A stretch of 64,000 bases of DNA from Acidimicrobiales bacterium (GTDB lineage: Bacteria; Actinomycetota; Acidimicrobiia; Acidimicrobiales; Bin134): NCBI GenBank assembly GCA_965115985.1, contig OZ220474.1, positions 988,909 through 1,052,908 on the forward strand. The letters run 5' to 3'. Positions 62,198 through 64,000 of the stretch are shown here, one piece after another. Made by a program: the position numbers and the translations under genes. Within the stretch, counting starts at the first letter, position 1, and every line of letters begins with the position of its first letter. The notes beneath the pieces were generated by a model that saw nothing but the letters and a program-made list of their open reading frames with translations, had not been told where the DNA came from and made no database searches.

Positions 62198-64000
62198 GCA
62201 GTCTTGGCGGACCTGGGCGACCTCGGCGTCGTTGAGGGTGCGGTCGGGAGCCTCGAAGCGGAGGGCGAAGGCCAGACTGCGGCGGTTCTCGCCCAACCGG
62301 TCGGAGCGGAACACGTCGAACAGGGTCACCGAGGCCAGCAGCTCGCCCCCGGCCCCGGTGATGGTGGCCGCCACATCGTCGGCCGACACCTCGTCGGGCA
62401 CGACGAAGGCCAGGTCCACGTCGCTGGACGGGTAGCGGCTGGGGGGGCGGTACGGGGGCGGCTCCCGGTCGGCACCCAGCAGCGTGTCCAGATTCACCTC
62501 CAGCCAGGCCACCCGTTCGTTGATCTCGTAGGCGTCCAGCACCTGGGGGTCGATCTCCCCCAGCGCGCCCACCTCTATCTGGCTGTCCACGTGCCCGCCC
62601 TGATCGGGGGGCTCCGCGTCGTTCCCAGCAGCAAACCGCCTCAGCATTTCCAGCGTCCTACCGCCGGCCACCACCTTTCCGGACCGGACGGGATGGAGGC
62701 CGTCCATCGGTTGGTTGACCACCTCTGGATTGGCGACCGCGAGATTGCGGGCCAGCCTGCGCCACAACGAGGTGGCGGCGGTGGCTTTGCGGCCGGCCAG
62801 GATCACGGCCAGGTGCTCGCACTCGTCGGGAAGGTCGTCGCCGGTGCCGGGATGAACCCGGCCGATCTCGAACAGCGACACCCCGGTGGTACGCCGGGCC
62901 GCGTTGTAGGCCACCGCCCGCAGCAGGCCGGGGCGCAGCGAGGTCCGCATCACCGATTCCTCGGCCACCAGTGGGTTGGTCACGGTTATGCCGTCATCCC
63001 CCAAACCGGCTCGGGCCAGATCACCGGGAGCCAAAAAGGGCAGGGGCATGGCCTCGGTGATCCCCATCCCCCACAGCAGGGCCCGGATCCTGCGCCGATC
63101 CTGCTGGCGAGGGGTGAGCGTCCCGGCCTGTTCGGTGACCGGCACGGTGCGGGCGATCCGGGAGAACCCCCACAGCCGCCCGACCTCCTCGATCACGTCG
63201 ATCTCGGTGGACGAGTCCGGCCTCCAGGAGGGGATGTTCACGTCGAATCCCTCGCCGTCGTCATCGGTGCCACAGGCGAAGCCGATGGGTTCCAGCAGGC
63301 CGGTCATCTCCCCGGCGCTCAACTCGGTACCCAGGATGGAGTTGACCCGCCGGGGGCGAACCCGAACGGTCACGGGCTCGGGACGGTTGCCGATCGTGTC
63401 GATCATTCCGGTGTCGGTGGTGGCTCCGAGCTCGGCGGCCAACTCGACGAAGCGGTCCAGGGCCGTGGGGATGACGTCGGGGTCGGTGCCCCGCTCGAAG
63501 CGGGCCGAGGCTTCGCTGCGCAGACCCAGGCGGCGGGCGGTGCGGGCGATGGTCATGGGATCCCACCAGGCCGCCTCCAGCAGCACCGAACGGGTGCCGG
63601 CCGATATCTCGGTGGAGGCTCCACCCATGATTCCGGCCAGCCCTATGGGCCGGTCATCGCCATCGACGATCACCCCGTCGTCGCCGGTCAGGGTTCGGTC
63701 GGCACCGTCCAGAGTGATCATCCGCTCGCCCGACCGGGCCATGCGCACCCCCAGTTCCCCCCCGGGCACCAGATCCAGGTCGTAGGTGTGGTTGGGCTGG
63801 CCCAGCTCGAACATGACGTAGTTGGACAGATCCACCACCGCGTTGATGGGCCGCTGTCCCACGGCCCGCAGGCGATTGGCCATCCACCGGGGGGAGGGCC
63901 CCGAGGGCACGTCGTCGAGCACCCGCACCCCGAAACGACCGCACAGGTCGGGAGCAGCGATGCTCACCGATGCCCGCCGGGCCGCCGCCAGGCCGGTCTC
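62153..64000 (-). CDS. pheT: Phenylalanyl-tRNA synthetase beta subunit; the 5' end lies beyond the right window edge
   Basis: The B3/B4 and B5 domain region (APDLCGRFGVRVLDDV..., HTYDLDLV) and the C-terminal FDX-ACB domain (LAFALRFEAPDRTLNDAEV). It sits upstream of argC as in mycobacteria. The frame is open to the window edge. Confidence 0.9.
   Translation of the reverse strand, partial: ETGLAAARRASVSIAAPDLCGRFGVRVLDDVPSGPSPRWMANRLRAVGQRPINAVVDLSNYVMFELGQPNHTYDLDLVPGGELGVRMARSGERMITLDGADRTLTGDDGVIVDGDDRPIGLAGIMGGASTEISAGTRSVLLEAAWWDPMTIARTARRLGLRSEASARFERGTDPDVIPTALDRFVELAAELGATTDTGMIDTIGNRPEPVTVRVRPRRVNSILGTELSAGEMTGLLEPIGFACGTDDDGEGFDVNIPSWRPDSSTEIDVIEEVGRLWGFSRIARTVPVTEQAGTLTPRQQDRRRIRALLWGMGITEAMPLPFLAPGDLARAGLGDDGITVTNPLVAEESVMRTSLRPGLLRAVAYNAARRTTGVSLFEIGRVHPGTGDDLPDECEHLAVILAGRKATAATSLWRRLARNLAVANPEVVNQPMDGLHPVRSGKVVAGGRTLEMLRRFAAGNDAEPPDQGGHVDSQIEVGALGEIDPQVLDAYEINERVAWLEVNLDTLLGADREPPPYRPPSRYPSSDVDLAFVVPDEVSADDVAATITGAGGELLASVTLFDVFRSDRLGENRRSLAFALRFEAPDRTLNDAEVAQVRQDCIDAVTDTHNATLRG

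Overview
This is a high-GC chromosomal segment (about two-thirds G+C by eye) of actinobacterial type. The backbone is housekeeping and lies almost entirely on the minus strand. Its gene order mirrors the mycobacterial pheT-argCJBDFRGH ... mpg-tyrS ... HAD-tlyA-ppnK-recN-pyrG-nudix-xerD neighbourhood. It also carries kgd, korAB, fbaB, xthA and a complete 16S-23S-5S rRNA operon. Two accessory islands interrupt this backbone. Island 1 (about 17.3-30.9 kb) holds a Type ISP-like restriction-modification gene of about 1640 aa (Mrr nuclease, SF2 helicase, N6A methyltransferase, TRD). That gene is split by a frameshift and contains a G17 tract. Next to it is a 2697-aa Calx-beta/cadherin-like repeat adhesin bracketed by long poly-G tracts. 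Island 2 (about 43.1-52.6 kb) is a Type I R-M operon arranged hsdM, HEPN (HI0074-type), MNT fused in frame to hsdS, a TIR-domain gene, an IS3-family element, then hsdR. It is flanked by diverged direct copies of a small coiled-coil membrane-protein gene and has a strongly AT-rich core. The TIR and HEPN/MNT modules wired into the R-M operon are my best candidate for an undescribed composite defence system, with the TIR gene in the slot that prrC occupies in E. coli. A second pervasive signal is that short (about 45-85 bp) tandem duplications sit exactly on gene junctions at 13 or more loci, with periods not divisible by 3. Every repeat inside a CDS has a period divisible by 3. All calls rest on reading the sequence and recognising motifs by eye; no searches were run.
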